64,000 nt of DNA from an uncultured Candidatus Binatia bacterium. GTDB taxonomy: Bacteria > Desulfobacterota > Binatia > UBA9968 > JAJDTQ01. Under the pieces are notes generated by a model. That model did no database searches and was not told the DNA's origin. It was given only the letters and a program-made list of their open reading frames with translations. The stretch lies in the NCBI GenBank assembly GCA_964291295.2, contig OZ219754.1, forward strand, positions 96,001 to 160,000, read 5' to 3'. Of the stretch, positions 48,577 to 59,724 are shown one piece after another. The translations under genes were made by a program, and so were the position numbers. Position 1 is the stretch's first letter. Every line of letters starts with the position of its first letter.

Positions 48577-48641
48577 GAACGTGCTCCGAATCGGAAAAAC
48601 ACGGTCGTGAGGCAATTCGCGGCGCGGCACCGGGACCCCGG

Positions 48642-50120
48642 CTACCCCGCGCCGTTCACCCCGCGGGCCTGCAGCACGAGCCGGGTCTTCATGTCGTGCA
48701 GCCGGGCTTCGAGGCCCACCGGATATTCGTGCGGATTCACCCGGCGTTTGATGCTGTTGTGAAAACCCGCCAGCTCCGCCCGGGCGCGCTCCCGGGCCTC
48801 GTGCACGGAAGGCACTTCGTAGACCGGCTCTCCGTCCCGGAACACCGGCACCAGCAGATCCCGGAACCCGGTGCCGCCGGCAACACGCTTTCTGCGGGTC
48901 ATGTTCATGGGATCGACGATGGTGCAGCCGTCGGCGATGCCCAGGGTCTCGTCATAGATGGCGTCCGCCACGAACCGGCCGCCCTGGTGGAAACGCCGCG
49001 CCTGGAGGATGCCCGGCGTGGACACCTTGACCGCCTGCTCCGAGAGCTTCACCTTGTGGATCCACTCGTTGCCTTCCGACCGGACGCACGAAAGCTTGTA
49101 GACTCCCCCCAGGGCGGGCTGGTCGTAGCCGGTGGCGAGCCGGGTGCCCACGCCCCAGACATTGATGCGAGCGCCTTCCTCCTTGAGCGAGGCGATGACG
49201 TGCTCGTCGAGATCGTTGCTGCCAACGATGACCGCGTCCCGGAAACCGGCTTCGTCCAGGATCTGGCGCGCTTCGATGCTGAGAAACGCCAGGTCGCCGG
49301 AATCCAGCCGGATGCCCACCATCTCGTGGCCGCGTTCCCGCAGCCGGCGCCCGATCTCCACCGCCTTGCGCACGCCGTTCAGGCTGTCGAAGGTGTCCAC
49401 CAGCAGAAGACAGTTGTTGGGCATGGCGTCGGCGTATGTTTCGAAGGCCTCCATCTCGTCGTCGAAGGACAGCACCCAGCTATGGGCGTGGGTTCCCTTG
49501 ACCGGAATGTCGAAGAGCTTTCCGGCCAGGGCGTTGGAGGTCCCGGCGCAGCCGCCCACGTAGGCCGCCCGGCTCGCCGCCAGCGCCCCGTCGAACCCCT
49601 GCGCCCTTCTCAGACCGAACTCCAGCACCGGCTCCCCCCGGGCCGACTGGCACACCCGCGCCGCCTTGGTGGCGATGAGGGTCTGAAAGCAGATGATGTT
49701 GAGCAGCACCGTCTCCAGGATCTGACACTGGAGGATGGGACCCCGGACCCGCACCAGCGGCTCGTGGGGGAACACCACCGTCCCCTCGGGAATGGCATCC
49801 ACGTCGCAGGCGAACGGGCGTTCCCGCAACTCGTCGAGGAAGACGTGTTCGAACAACGGCTCGCCGTCGTTGCCCCGCAGCCCGGACAGATACTCGAGGT
49901 CGCTGGCATCGAACCCGAACCGCCTCAGCACCCCCACCACGTGCCCGAGCCCGCAACACACGGCAAATCCTCCCTGGTAGGGGTTCTCGCGGAAGGAGAG
50001 GTGGAACACCGCCTCCTTTCGGGCGGTCCCGGACTTCCAGTAGGCATACGCCATGGTGAGCTGGTAGAGGTCCGTCAACAGTGCGAGGGAGTTGTTGTAG
50101 AGCTGTTCGAGGGTATGCAT
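48642..50120 (-). CDS. pncB: Nicotinate phosphoribosyltransferase
   Basis: LLTDLYQLTM, EFGLRRAQG, GTHAHSW, LVDTFD, IRLDSGDL, GVGTRL, GGVYKL. Confidence 0.95.
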   Translation of the reverse strand: MHTLEQLYNNSLALLTDLYQLTMAYAYWKSGTARKEAVFHLSFRENPYQGGFAVCCGLGHVVGVLRRFGFDASDLEYLSGLRGNDGEPLFEHVFLDELRERPFACDVDAIPEGTVVFPHEPLVRVRGPILQCQILETVLLNIICFQTLIATKAARVCQSARGEPVLEFGLRRAQGFDGALAASRAAYVGGCAGTSNALAGKLFDIPVKGTHAHSWVLSFDDEMEAFETYADAMPNNCLLLVDTFDSLNGVRKAVEIGRRLRERGHEMVGIRLDSGDLAFLSIEARQILDEAGFRDAVIVGSNDLDEHVIASLKEEGARINVWGVGTRLATGYDQPALGGVYKLSCVRSEGNEWIHKVKLSEQAVKVSTPGILQARRFHQGGRFVADAIYDETLGIADGCTIVDPMNMTRRKRVAGGTGFRDLLVPVFRDGEPVYEVPSVHEARERARAELAGFHNSIKRRVNPHEYPVGLEARLHDMKTRLVLQARGVNGAG

Positions 50121-50302
50121 ACCGGAGCCGGAAACGCCAAGCGAGGGTCACGGTCAGTTTAGGTGCCGGCACCCCGGTAATCAAGCGGCCGTACCGGTCC
50201 CCGGCCGGAGCGGTTGCTCCCGCCGCCCGATTCTTGCACAATCGGCGGCACGATCCCGGGCGCGCACGTCACCGGGGACCGGACGAGACAAGGGGGTTCG
50301 GC

Positions 50303-51067
50303 ATGACAGGGAGAAGGGAACCACTCCCGCACGACAGCGAAGCGGCCCGGAAGGCGCGCCTCGACCTCGCCGCCGCCTTCCGCCTCGCGGTCCGCTTCGG
50401 ATTGCATGAGGCCATCGACAACCACTTCAGCCTTCTCCTGCCCGGAAGAGACGACCTGATGTTGTTGAATCCCTATCCACTGCACTGGACGGAGATCACG
50501 GCCAGCAACCTCCTTGTCACCGACTTCCGGGGAAACCGCCTGGAGGGTTCGCACGAGGTGGAGCCCACCGCACTCCACATCCATGGGCCGCTGCACCGGG
50601 CCGATCCGGAAACCTTCCGTTGCCTGCTGCACACCCATATGCCCTACGCCACTGCCCTCGCCTGTCGCCAGGGGGGCCGCCTCGAGATGATTCATCAGAG
50701 CAGTACCCGGTTCGACGGCGATGTCGCCTACCTTGAGGACTACAACGGTCTGGTGCTGGATCCCGCGGAAGGCGGACGCATCGCCCGGGCGATGGCCGGC
50801 AGGAACGTGCTGTTCATGGCGAACCACGGGGTCCTCACCGCCGGCCGGACGGTGGCCGAGGCCTTCGACCGGCTGTATTTCCTGGAACGGGCCTGCCAGG
50901 TGCAGGTGCTCGCGGATGCCGGCGGACACCCGCTCCGGCGACTGTCCCGGGAGACCACCCACCACCTGCGCACACAACGGGCAGGTGCTGGAGACCTGGC
51001 CGCCAAGCGCCATTTCGCCGCGCTGAAACGCATCCTGGACCGCGAAGAGCCCGATTACTCCGACTGA
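50303..51067 (+). CDS. Class II aldolase/adducin family protein
   Basis: EAIDNHFS, TALHIHGPLH, LHTHMPYATAL, MANHGVL, YFLERACQVQ. Confidence 0.88.
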   Translation: MTGRREPLPHDSEAARKARLDLAAAFRLAVRFGLHEAIDNHFSLLLPGRDDLMLLNPYPLHWTEITASNLLVTDFRGNRLEGSHEVEPTALHIHGPLHRADPETFRCLLHTHMPYATALACRQGGRLEMIHQSSTRFDGDVAYLEDYNGLVLDPAEGGRIARAMAGRNVLFMANHGVLTAGRTVAEAFDRLYFLERACQVQVLADAGGHPLRRLSRETTHHLRTQRAGAGDLAAKRHFAALKRILDREEPDYSD

Positions 51068-51804
51068 CGCGCCGAGTCCGGCGGCTTGCGCCCGAACAGC
51101 CAGGCGATGCCGATGCTGAGAAGATAGAGGCCCATCAGCGGTCCGGCCAGGAGGAGTTGCGACACCACGTCCGGTGGAGTCAGCACCGCGGCCATGACGA
51201 ACATGACCAGCACGGCATACCGGAAATGGTGCCAGAGGAAACGGTGGTTCCAAACCCCCGCTCGGGCCAGGAAAAACGAGAATACCGGCAGTTGAAAGGT
51301 GACCCCGAAGGCACCGACGATACGGAAGAAGAAAGAGAAGTACTCGGCCACCCGGATCTCCGGGTTGACACCGATGGTGTCGTATTGCTCCAGGAAATAG
51401 AGGTACGCCAAAGGCAGCACCGCCTGGTAGCAGAAGAGCGCGCCCGAGAGAAAGAGCATCGAGGTGGTGGCGACGAAGCCCACCCGAGAGGCGGTCTTGC
51501 CCTCGGAGCCGAACAGCGGTGCCAGGAGCCGCCAGACCTGAAGGAAGATGAAGGGGCTGCCGGCCATCACGGCGGCGAGCAGCGCCACCTTGATCTCCAC
51601 GAAGAAGACCTCGGCCACGCCGGTGCCAATGAGAGTCTGCCCCGGTTGAAGCCGGCTTCTCAAGGGCTCGACCAGGACTTCGAACAGTCGCGGAGCGAGG
51701 AGAAAACTCACGGTGAACAGGACCAGCACGACCGCCAGGGATCGCGTCAGGCACGACCTCGCCCGTTCCATCCCGTCGGTGAGTCTCGGCAGAATCGGGG
51801 GCAT
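51055..51804 (-). CDS. tatC: Twin-arginine translocase subunit TatC
   Basis: EVFFVEIKVAL, QVWRLLAPL, FGVTFQLP, AAVLTPPDVVSQLLLAGP. Confidence 0.92.
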   Translation of the reverse strand: MPPILPRLTDGMERARSCLTRSLAVVLVLFTVSFLLAPRLFEVLVEPLRSRLQPGQTLIGTGVAEVFFVEIKVALLAAVMAGSPFIFLQVWRLLAPLFGSEGKTASRVGFVATTSMLFLSGALFCYQAVLPLAYLYFLEQYDTIGVNPEIRVAEYFSFFFRIVGAFGVTFQLPVFSFFLARAGVWNHRFLWHHFRYAVLVMFVMAAVLTPPDVVSQLLLAGPLMGLYLLSIGIAWLFGRKPPDSARQSE

Positions 51805-51999
51805 GACACCGTTGAGAATAGCATGATCGGCCGGTTTTTCGCCTTCGCGGCATTCAAAGAAGCGGATTCCTGTTGAACTGGCGGATGAATCAGGTTAATA
51901 CTCTGCGTTGGACAGCGTGTTGTCGGCACAATCATCCTCAGCCGAGGACTCAGCCGGCGAATCGGACCCTTGAAACCCTGGATGGAGAAGGAGGCCGTT

Positions 52000-52341
52000 G
52001 TGAACTTTTCAACCCGTTATTTTTCAACCCGATATGCAGGTGTATTCGGCAGGTGCGCCCTATCCCTGGGGGTGCTCGCCCTGCTGGGCAGCGGTTGTGG
52101 AGTGGTCGAACACGATCACCCGGAATACGAGACCAACGTCCAGGCGGTGGAGGCCGCAACCCGCACGTCGCAGGATGCGGCCAACAGCGCACAGGCTGCC
52201 GCCAGGAACGCCGCCGCGGCCGCCGACAAGGCTGAAGCCGCCGCCAGCAGTGCCGCCGACAAGGCCGCAGCCGCCGCCGAGCGGGCGGAACGCGCCGCCG
52301 ACAAGGCGGAGAGCATCTTCGAGAAACTGATGACGAAATAG
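52000..52341 (+). CDS. Lpp/OprI-like alanine-zipper lipoprotein
   Basis: AAGGAGG RBS, GTG start; lipobox LGSGC; Ala-rich heptads; C-terminal Lys. Confidence 0.72.
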   Translation: MNFSTRYFSTRYAGVFGRCALSLGVLALLGSGCGVVEHDHPEYETNVQAVEAATRTSQDAANSAQAAARNAAAAADKAEAAASSAADKAAAAAERAERAADKAESIFEKLMTK

Positions 52342-52343
52342 CG

Positions 52344-54020
52344 TCATGCCTTCGCCCGACCTGGGAGTCGCGCCATGAGGGCGATTCCCAGATCTCGGGC
52401 GATGGGCCAGTCGGGGCTTTGCAACAGCCTTGCAGCCGTAACGTAAAGCGCCATCCCTCCCGCAACCAGAGCGGCAAAGCCCAGGAGTTGCGCCGGCAAG
52501 GTGCCGGCGCTCCACGACATTCGTTCCGCCAACAGCAACAGCGGGCCTGCCATGAATGCCGCCGCGGTGAGGTTGCGCCACAGCGACGAGAGATACGCTC
52601 CCCAGGCCATTCCCCCGAGGCGCCGGACCGCCAGCCACAGGAGCACCGCGAACTGAAAGGTCGCGGACAACGCGTTGGCCAGCGCCAGTCCCGCATAGGA
52701 CAGGTCGAGCACACCCGCACCCTGACTCAGCGCCGCCACCGCCCGCACGAACCCGTTGTCTCCCGGGGCCGCATCCACCGGGCCGATGAGCATCAGGCTC
52801 AGCAACAGATTGAGCACGAATGTCCAGAACGCCACCCTCACCGGCGTTCGCGTATCCATCATGGCGTGAAACAGGGGAACGAGCACACGGCTGGCGGAGA
52901 CGGCCCACAGGCCCATGGCCAGGAACACCAGCGTCCGGGCGCTGGCAAGGACATCCTCGGCCGCGAACGCTCCACGCTGGAACAGCAGCGAGAACACCGG
53001 CACGGCGATCACCATCAACCCGAGGGCGGACGGCAGCGCGATGAAATTCACCATCCTCAACGCGTAACCCAGCGTCGTCTTCAGGCCGGACAGGTCGTTG
53101 CGGGCGGCGAGCGACGAGAAACTCGGCAGAGCGGCGGTTCCCAGCGCGACGGCGAACACCCCGAGGGGAAACTGCAACAGTCGGTCGGCGTAGTAGAGGT
53201 AGGAGACGCTGCCCGGCTCCAGCAGCGAAGCCAGGATGGTGCTGGCCAGGACATTCAGTTGATAGACGGCGGCGCCGATGACCGCCGGTCCCATGAGCCG
53301 CAGGAACCGGAACAACGCCGTGCTGCGGAAGTCCAGGCTGGGTCGCCACGAAAACCCGTACCGGTGAAGAAAGGGAAGCTGCAACAGGAGTTGGGCCACG
53401 CTGCCGAGCAGCACCCCGCAGGCCAGGCTCACGACCGGTTGGGCCAGCAACGGAACGAGCAGGAAAGCCGCCGCGATGATCGACAGGTTCAGCAGCACCG
53501 GCGCCAGCGCCGGTGCCATGAAGTGGCGGAAAGTGTTGAGGTATCCCATGGCCAGGGCGGCGAGACTGACGAAGAGGATGCTCGGGAACATGATCCGCAC
53601 CAACCGCACGGTGAGCGAGAACTGGTCCGGTGCCGCCGCGAAACCGGGCGCGAACAAGCGGGCAAGCAGCGCCGGGAAGAGCAGTCCCGCGACTGTCAGC
53701 AGCAGGAGGCAGAGGATTGCGAAGGTGACGATCACGCGGCTGGCCTCGATGGCCTCCCGCCGGCCCCGGGTGGTCAGGTACTCGGAAAGAACCGGCACGA
53801 AACCGGCGGAAAGGGCTCCTTCCGCGGTAAGGCGCCGCAACAGGTTCGGTATCCGGAACGCGACGAAGAACGCGTCGGCCGCACTCCGCGCCCCAAGCAG
53901 GTAGCCGATGACGACATCCCTGGCGAGCCCTGAAACGCGGCTCAAGAGCGTCAGGGAGCCGACGACGCCCGTCGCCCCGGCCACCCTGCGGAACTCGCCG
54001 GCCGTTGACTCATCACTCAT
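52344..54020 (-). CDS. murJ: Lipid II flippase MurJ
   Basis: SRVSGLARD, ADAFFVAFRIPNLLRRLTAEGA, YYADRLLQFPLGVF, DTRTPV. Confidence 0.95.
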   Translation of the reverse strand: MSDESTAGEFRRVAGATGVVGSLTLLSRVSGLARDVVIGYLLGARSAADAFFVAFRIPNLLRRLTAEGALSAGFVPVLSEYLTTRGRREAIEASRVIVTFAILCLLLLTVAGLLFPALLARLFAPGFAAAPDQFSLTVRLVRIMFPSILFVSLAALAMGYLNTFRHFMAPALAPVLLNLSIIAAAFLLVPLLAQPVVSLACGVLLGSVAQLLLQLPFLHRYGFSWRPSLDFRSTALFRFLRLMGPAVIGAAVYQLNVLASTILASLLEPGSVSYLYYADRLLQFPLGVFAVALGTAALPSFSSLAARNDLSGLKTTLGYALRMVNFIALPSALGLMVIAVPVFSLLFQRGAFAAEDVLASARTLVFLAMGLWAVSASRVLVPLFHAMMDTRTPVRVAFWTFVLNLLLSLMLIGPVDAAPGDNGFVRAVAALSQGAGVLDLSYAGLALANALSATFQFAVLLWLAVRRLGGMAWGAYLSSLWRNLTAAAFMAGPLLLLAERMSWSAGTLPAQLLGFAALVAGGMALYVTAARLLQSPDWPIARDLGIALMARLPGRAKA

Positions 54021-54033
54021 GCGGTGTTACAAA
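54005..54033 (+). promoter_or_regulatory. Putative rpsT sigma70 promoter overlapping the murJ start codon
   Basis: TTGACT-N17-TACAAA with an extended TG. Confidence 0.45.
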
Positions 54034-54056
54034 ACGGGACTTTCAGGAGGTAAACT

Positions 54057-54347
54057 TTGGCGAACCACAAATCGGCCGTCAAGCGGCACCAGCAGAGCGT
54101 CCGGCGTCACCAGCGCAACCAGGCGCTTCAATCCAGAATCAAGACCCTGATCAAGAAGGTCCGGTCCACCATCGACAGCAGGAACCCGGAAGAGATCACC
54201 GAGAAGATCCGGGAAGTCAACGGTTTGCTCGACAAGGCCGTGGTCAAGGGAGTTCTCAAGCGCAACACGGCTTCGAGGAAGCTCTCCCGCCTGGCGCGGG
54301 CCGGCCACGAAGCCACGGCCTCCGCCGAAGCGATACCCTTGGCGTAG
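54057..54347 (+). CDS. rpsT: 30S ribosomal protein S20
   Basis: MANHKSAVKR...DKAVVKGVLKRNTASRKLSRL; AGGAGG RBS, TTG start. Confidence 0.96.
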   Translation: MANHKSAVKRHQQSVRRHQRNQALQSRIKTLIKKVRSTIDSRNPEEITEKIREVNGLLDKAVVKGVLKRNTASRKLSRLARAGHEATASAEAIPLA

Positions 54348-54451
54348 GCATCTTCGCCCCAGGCGCCCTCCGCCCCGGACATATTTCCGACTCGCTTTCG
54401 ACTCGCCGGCATGCGCGTCGCGCACTGCCGGGACGGTCCGCCGCGGTGCCG

Positions 54452-55057
54452 TCAGAATCCCTCCGCCATCCGCTGCCGCAGCCACCGGGCAAAACCTTCC
54501 AGCAGCCGTTGCCTCGCAGCCGCGCGTGAGTCTTCCGCCAGTCTCGCATCGGACAACCGGCCCACGTCTTCCAGGTTCAGGGTATTCCGGAGAGTTCCGG
54601 AGGAACCGGCCGCCACGGCCCCTCTGGCGGCGTCATGAACATCCCGGAGACGGATGGTCCGCGGCGGCCACAGGACCTCGTTGCCCGGCCTGCGCCTGAG
54701 CGTGGCCTCCACCTCCAGCCGCGCTTCCACCTGCAGCACCTGGTCGAACCGGTTGACCGAGACATGCCTGATCCCATAGTGCCGAATGACGCCGGAAAGG
54801 ACCGCGTCGGCGTTCTCGGCGTCGGCCGCCAGGCGTGGACGCGGCTGGCGCCTCAACTCCCGCCGCACCGCCCGCGCCAGGCCGTCCTCCAGACCGACGG
54901 CGCGGGTGCGGTTGTCAAAGGGCGCCACGTAGACGGCGCGGACATCGTCCGGCAGCGCCGCGTCCGGTTCCACGAACCGGTAGCCGCATGCTCCCGCCGA
55001 AAGGGCCGCGCTCAGCCAGACCGCCAGCGGCCGGACGAGTCGGCGAACCGGCCTCAT
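54452..55057 (-). CDS. lptE: LPS assembly lipoprotein LptE-like
   Basis: Lipobox [18 protein letters not shown]; located directly downstream of leuS. Confidence 0.78.
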   Translation of the reverse strand: MRPVRRLVRPLAVWLSAALSAGACGYRFVEPDAALPDDVRAVYVAPFDNRTRAVGLEDGLARAVRRELRRQPRPRLAADAENADAVLSGVIRHYGIRHVSVNRFDQVLQVEARLEVEATLRRRPGNEVLWPPRTIRLRDVHDAARGAVAAGSSGTLRNTLNLEDVGRLSDARLAEDSRAAARQRLLEGFARWLRQRMAEGF

Positions 55058-57543
55058 CCTTCGATCACGATGTTGACCAACCGACCGGGAACCTGCACGA
55101 CCCGCCTGACCCCGCGGCCGTCAATGAAGGATGCCACCCGGGGGTCGGTCAGCGCCGCCGTCTCGACATGCTCCGCGCCGGCATCCGCCGGAACCGAGAT
55201 CTTTCCGCGCAGCCTGCCGTTCACCTGCACGACAATGACACGGCTCTCCTGGACCAGGGCCGCGTTGGAGTACTCCGGCCACGCCTTGTCCACCAGGGAG
55301 TCGGTGTGGCCCAGCCGTTCCCACAACTCGCTGGTGATGTGCGGCACGAACGGCGACAGCAGGACAATCTCGGTCTCCAGGGCCGCCTTCGCCAGCGCGG
55401 CTCCGTCTTGCTGCCGTAAATCGTCATCGCTCAACGCGCTCAGGGAGTTGTGAAGTTCCATGATGGCGGCGATGGCGGTGTTGAAATGAAACCGCCGATC
55501 GATATCGTCGGTGACCTTCCTGATGGTCCAGTGGATCCGGCGCCGCAGCTCCCTGAGCCCGCCGGCGGCCGGTATGCGGTCGGCATCCGCCGCCACATCC
55601 GCCAACCGCTCGCGGTGCCGCATGGCGAAGCGCCACAACCGGCTCAGGAACCGGTGGGCGCCCTCGACCCCCTGATCGCTCCAGTCCAGATCCTTCTCGG
55701 GCGGGGACGCGAACAGGGTGAACAGCCGCGCGGTGTCCGCGCCGTAGCGATGGATGAGATCGTCCGGGTCGACGACGTTCATCTTGGACTTGGACATCTT
55801 GGCGCCGTCCTTGATGACCATGCCCTGGGTCAGGAGATTCGTGAACGGCTCGGTCACCGACAGCCAGCCCATGTCCCGCAGAACCCGGGTAAAGAAGCGG
55901 GCGTAAAGCAGGTGCAGCACGGCGTGCTCGACCCCGCCCACGTACTGGTCCACGGCCATCCAGTAGGCGGTGCGCTGGCGGTCGAGGGGCTGACGGTCCT
56001 CGTCCGGGCAGGCGTAGCGCGCGAAGTACCACGACGACTCCACGAACGTGTCCATGGTATCGGTCTCCCGGCGGGCAGGCCGGCGGCACGTCGGACACGG
56101 GGTCTCGTAGAATTCCGGAAGCCGGGCCAGCGGCGAGCCGTCCACTCCCGTGAACTCCACGTGGGTCGGAAGCCGCACCGGCAGCTGGTCCACGGGAACC
56201 GGCACCATGCCGCAGTCGTCGCAGTAGACCACGGGGATGGGCGCGCCCCAGTAACGCTGCCGGGAAATGCCCCAGTCCCGCAGCCGGTAGCGGACGGTGC
56301 CCTTGCCCCAGCCGCGCTCCTCAAGGAACGCGGCGATGCGGCTGCGGCCCTCCTCGCTGCCCAAGCCGCTGAACTCCCCGCTGTCGGCCATCACCCCGTC
56401 GGCGGTGTAGGCCTCGGTCATCTCGTCGGCCACCAGGGTGGTCCCGCGCGGGTGGATCACCGGCCGCACCGGCAGACCGTACTTCCTGGCGAACTCGAAG
56501 TCTCTCTGGTCGTGGGCCGGAACCGCCATGACCGCACCGGTGCCGTATTCCATCAAGACGAAGTTGGCCACATAGATGGGGATATTCTCCCCGGTGAAAG
56601 GGTTGAGACAGAACGAGCCGGTGAAGAGGCCCTCCTTCTCCATCTCGACGTCATCGCGCCGGGAATGGCTGAGGCGCTTCACCCTCCGGGCGAATTCCTC
56701 CACCGCGCCCTGTTGCGGCGTGCCGCCGGAGAGTTCCAGGGCCATGGGGTGTTCGGCGGCGAGGGAGACGAACGTCGCGCCATGGACGGTGTCCTGACGG
56801 GTGGTGAAGACGGTGAGGTGACCCTCCCGCCCCACCATCGGAAAGCGGATCTCCGCGCCGATGGACTTGCCGATCCAGTTGCGCTGCATGGTGAGCACCT
56901 TGTCCGGCCATCCCGGGAGTCCGTCGCATGCTGCCAGCAGGTCCTCGGCGTAGGCGGTGATGCGGAAGAACCACTGGGGCAACTCGCGCAGGACCACCTC
57001 GTGCTCGCAGCGCCAGCAGCGGCCGTCCACCACCTGCTCGTTGGCCAGGACGGTCCCGCAACCGCCGCACCAGTTGACCGCCGCGTTGCGCTTGTAGGCC
57101 AGGCCGCGCTCCAGCATCTCCAGGAAGAACACCTGCTCCCAGCGATAGTAGCTGGCATCGGAGGTGGCCAGCTCGCGCGCCCAATCGTAGCTGAACCCCA
57201 TCTTCTTGAGTTGTGCCCGCATGTAGTCGATGTTGTCCACGGTCCAGCGGGCGGGGTGGACCTTGTGGGCGAGGGCGGCGTTCTCCGCCGGCAGCCCGAA
57301 GGCGTCCCAGCCCATGGGGTGCAGCACGTTGAAACCGCGCATGCGCTTGTAGCGCGCGATGACATCGCCGATGGAGTAGTTGCGCACGTGCCCCATGTGG
57401 ATCCGGCCCGACGGATAGGGAAACATCTCCAGCAGATAGTACTTCGGCAGGTCCGAGGTCTCGTCCACTCGAAAGCTCCCGGCCCGCTCCCATTCGGCCT
57501 GCCAGCGCTCTTCGATCTTCCAGAACTCGTACTTTTCGATCAT
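55054..57543 (-). CDS. leuS: Leucine--tRNA ligase
   Basis: [66 protein letters not shown]. Confidence 0.97.
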   Translation of the reverse strand: MIEKYEFWKIEERWQAEWERAGSFRVDETSDLPKYYLLEMFPYPSGRIHMGHVRNYSIGDVIARYKRMRGFNVLHPMGWDAFGLPAENAALAHKVHPARWTVDNIDYMRAQLKKMGFSYDWARELATSDASYYRWEQVFFLEMLERGLAYKRNAAVNWCGGCGTVLANEQVVDGRCWRCEHEVVLRELPQWFFRITAYAEDLLAACDGLPGWPDKVLTMQRNWIGKSIGAEIRFPMVGREGHLTVFTTRQDTVHGATFVSLAAEHPMALELSGGTPQQGAVEEFARRVKRLSHSRRDDVEMEKEGLFTGSFCLNPFTGENIPIYVANFVLMEYGTGAVMAVPAHDQRDFEFARKYGLPVRPVIHPRGTTLVADEMTEAYTADGVMADSGEFSGLGSEEGRSRIAAFLEERGWGKGTVRYRLRDWGISRQRYWGAPIPVVYCDDCGMVPVPVDQLPVRLPTHVEFTGVDGSPLARLPEFYETPCPTCRRPARRETDTMDTFVESSWYFARYACPDEDRQPLDRQRTAYWMAVDQYVGGVEHAVLHLLYARFFTRVLRDMGWLSVTEPFTNLLTQGMVIKDGAKMSKSKMNVVDPDDLIHRYGADTARLFTLFASPPEKDLDWSDQGVEGAHRFLSRLWRFAMRHRERLADVAADADRIPAAGGLRELRRRIHWTIRKVTDDIDRRFHFNTAIAAIMELHNSLSALSDDDLRQQDGAALAKAALETEIVLLSPFVPHITSELWERLGHTDSLVDKAWPEYSNAALVQESRVIVVQVNGRLRGKISVPADAGAEHVETAALTDPRVASFIDGRGVRRVVQVPGRLVNIVIEG

Positions 57544-57974
57544 GGTTCCGGCCGCTCGCTCTCCTTGAGTCCGTTGGCGTGCGCGACGTGGTCGAGCACG
57601 CCGTTGATGAACGCGGAGGAGCCGTCCGACCCGTAGCGGTCGCCGATCTCGATCGCTTCGTCGATGCTCACGTGCAACGGGATGTCCGGGCAATAGACCA
57701 ACTCGTAGGTGGCGAACCGAAGGATGATCAGGTCCACCTTCGACAGGCGCCCGAGCTTCCAGTTCTCCAACGCCTGCTCGAGCCACCCGTCGATTTCGTC
57801 ACGGTGCTCCACGGTCCCGGCGATCAGGCGTTGGGCGAAATCCCTGGCTGCGGCATGCGACGGAAAATGCCCCCAGAAAATGGCCGGACCGGCGGGAGAA
57901 GGGTCTCCGGTGATCTCCATCTGATAGAGCACCTGCAACGCCAGCTCCCGAGCCTTGCGGCGAATACCTGTCAT
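57540..57974 (-). CDS. nusB: Transcription antitermination factor NusB
   Basis: [36 protein letters not shown]. Confidence 0.95.
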   Translation of the reverse strand: MTGIRRKARELALQVLYQMEITGDPSPAGPAIFWGHFPSHAAARDFAQRLIAGTVEHRDEIDGWLEQALENWKLGRLSKVDLIILRFATYELVYCPDIPLHVSIDEAIEIGDRYGSDGSSAFINGVLDHVAHANGLKESERPEP

Positions 57975-58031
57975 CGGAAATCTGCGGTTGGAACCGGGAC
58001 GCGGGGAGAGGGGACGCGGGGGCCGGGGAGG

Positions 58032-58499
58032 TCAGGAAAGTTCCTTGCTCAAACTCGCCATCTCGATGGCGGTGACCGCGGCCTCGTACCCCTTGTTGCC
58101 CATCTTCGCCCCGGCGCGGTCGACCGCCTGCTCCACCGTGTGGGTGGTCAAGAGGCCGAAGGCGATGGGGATGCCGTACCGGTCCATGGCATGGCCCACG
58201 CCGCGCGCGGCTTCCCCGCAAATATAGTCGAAGTGGGGCGTCTCCCCGCGAATGACCGCCCCGACGCATATCAAGGCGTCGTACTTGCCGCTCTCCGCCA
58301 TCTTGTGGGCGCAGAAGGAGATCTCGAACGCACCGGGCACCCACGCGACATCCACGTTCTCGTCGGAGTTCGCACCATGCCGCCTCAGGGCGCGCACCGC
58401 GCCGTCGAGAAGCCGCTCGGTTATGAAGCCGTTGAACCGGCTGGCGATGATGCCGAACCGCATCGCCGTCGCATCCAGTTTTCCTTCGATCACTCGCAT
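58032..58499 (-). CDS. ribH: 6,7-dimethyl-8-ribityllumazine synthase
   Basis: SRFNGFIT, VPGAFEI, GAVIRGETPHFDY, GNKGYEAA. Confidence 0.96.
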   Translation of the reverse strand: MRVIEGKLDATAMRFGIIASRFNGFITERLLDGAVRALRRHGANSDENVDVAWVPGAFEISFCAHKMAESGKYDALICVGAVIRGETPHFDYICGEAARGVGHAMDRYGIPIAFGLLTTHTVEQAVDRAGAKMGNKGYEAAVTAIEMASLSKELS

Positions 58500-58518
58500 G
58501 GCCGCCACCTTCAACGCA

Positions 58519-59724
58519 TCAGTGCCGGGTCAGAAGATGCCCGAGCTTGTCGCGCTTGGTCTGCAGGTATCCCGCGTTGCGGTCGTGGGGTTCGATCTCC
58601 AGCGGAATCCGTTCGCTCACCGACAAGCCGTAGCCTTCCAGGCTGACGATCTTGCGCGGATTGTTGGTCATGAGGCGCAGCCGCCGAATGCCCAGGTGGC
58701 GCAGGATCTCCGCGGCGACCCCGTAATCCCTCAGATCCACGTCGAACCCCAGCTCCAGGTTCGCCTCCACCGTGTCACGCCCCTCGTCCTGCAGCGCGTA
58801 CGCCCTGATCTTGTTGGTCAGACCGATCCCGCGGCCTTCCTGATGCAGGTACACGATGACGCCGCACTCTTCCTGACCGATGATGCGGATGGCCGCACGG
58901 AGTTGCTCGCCGCAGTCACACCGCTCCGACGAGAACACGTCGCCGGTAAGGCATTCCGAATGCACTCGCACCGTGACCGCGTCGCTTCGGCTCACGTCGC
59001 CCTTCACCAGGGCCATGTGCTCGAACGGGTCCAGGCTGGTGCGGTACAGGATCGCCTTGAACGACTTGTCGTGAATGCTCGGGAAATCTCCCTCCCAGAC
59101 CTGCCGGATGCTGGCTTCGTTGCGAAGGCGGAATCCGATGAGTTCGACGATGGAGAGCATCCGCAGATCGTGCCGAGCGGCAAAGGCGTGGAGCGCCGCT
59201 CCCGTGGCGACGGAGCCGTCGTCGTCCAGAATCTGGCAGATGACCGCCACCGGTTGCAGGCCGCAGAGGGCGGCAAGGTCCGTTGCGGCTTCCGCCGGAC
59301 CGGCCTTGACCAAGACTCCTCCCGGAGTGGCCTGCATCGGCAACACGTTGCCGGGGGTGATGAAGTCCCGGGAGCCCGCATCCGGCATGGCGGCCGCGCG
59401 GATGGTATGCGCCCTGCCCGCCGCCGACACCTCAAGGCCCAGGGACGAATGGGCGCCTACCGGCGCGCCCACCGGCCGCTGACCCGGAACCGGGATGGCC
59501 GCCGAATCCACGTCGAGCCCCAGCTTTTCCAGACGCGACGGTTCCATGACCAGATAGGGGACGCCCCGCACATGCCGCAGCATGAAGTTGACATGCTCCG
59601 GGGTCACCTTTTCGGCGACCATGCAGACGTGGCCCTTGCCCTGGTCGCTTTCCTGGTCCACCAGAACGATCGGCCGACCTTGGCGCAACTCGTCCCGGAT
59701 GGTCTCAATCGAGGTCGGTGACAT
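58519..59724 (-). CDS. ribBA: RibBA-type fusion: degenerate DHBP synthase domain + intact GTP cyclohydrolase II
   Basis: RVHSECLTGD, RCDCGEQL, QEGRGIGL, LMTNNPRK intact; N-terminal half has DQESDQGKG in place of DDEDRENEG. Confidence 0.88.
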   Translation of the reverse strand: MSPTSIETIRDELRQGRPIVLVDQESDQGKGHVCMVAEKVTPEHVNFMLRHVRGVPYLVMEPSRLEKLGLDVDSAAIPVPGQRPVGAPVGAHSSLGLEVSAAGRAHTIRAAAMPDAGSRDFITPGNVLPMQATPGGVLVKAGPAEAATDLAALCGLQPVAVICQILDDDGSVATGAALHAFAARHDLRMLSIVELIGFRLRNEASIRQVWEGDFPSIHDKSFKAILYRTSLDPFEHMALVKGDVSRSDAVTVRVHSECLTGDVFSSERCDCGEQLRAAIRIIGQEECGVIVYLHQEGRGIGLTNKIRAYALQDEGRDTVEANLELGFDVDLRDYGVAAEILRHLGIRRLRLMTNNPRKIVSLEGYGLSVSERIPLEIEPHDRNAGYLQTKRDKLGHLLTRH

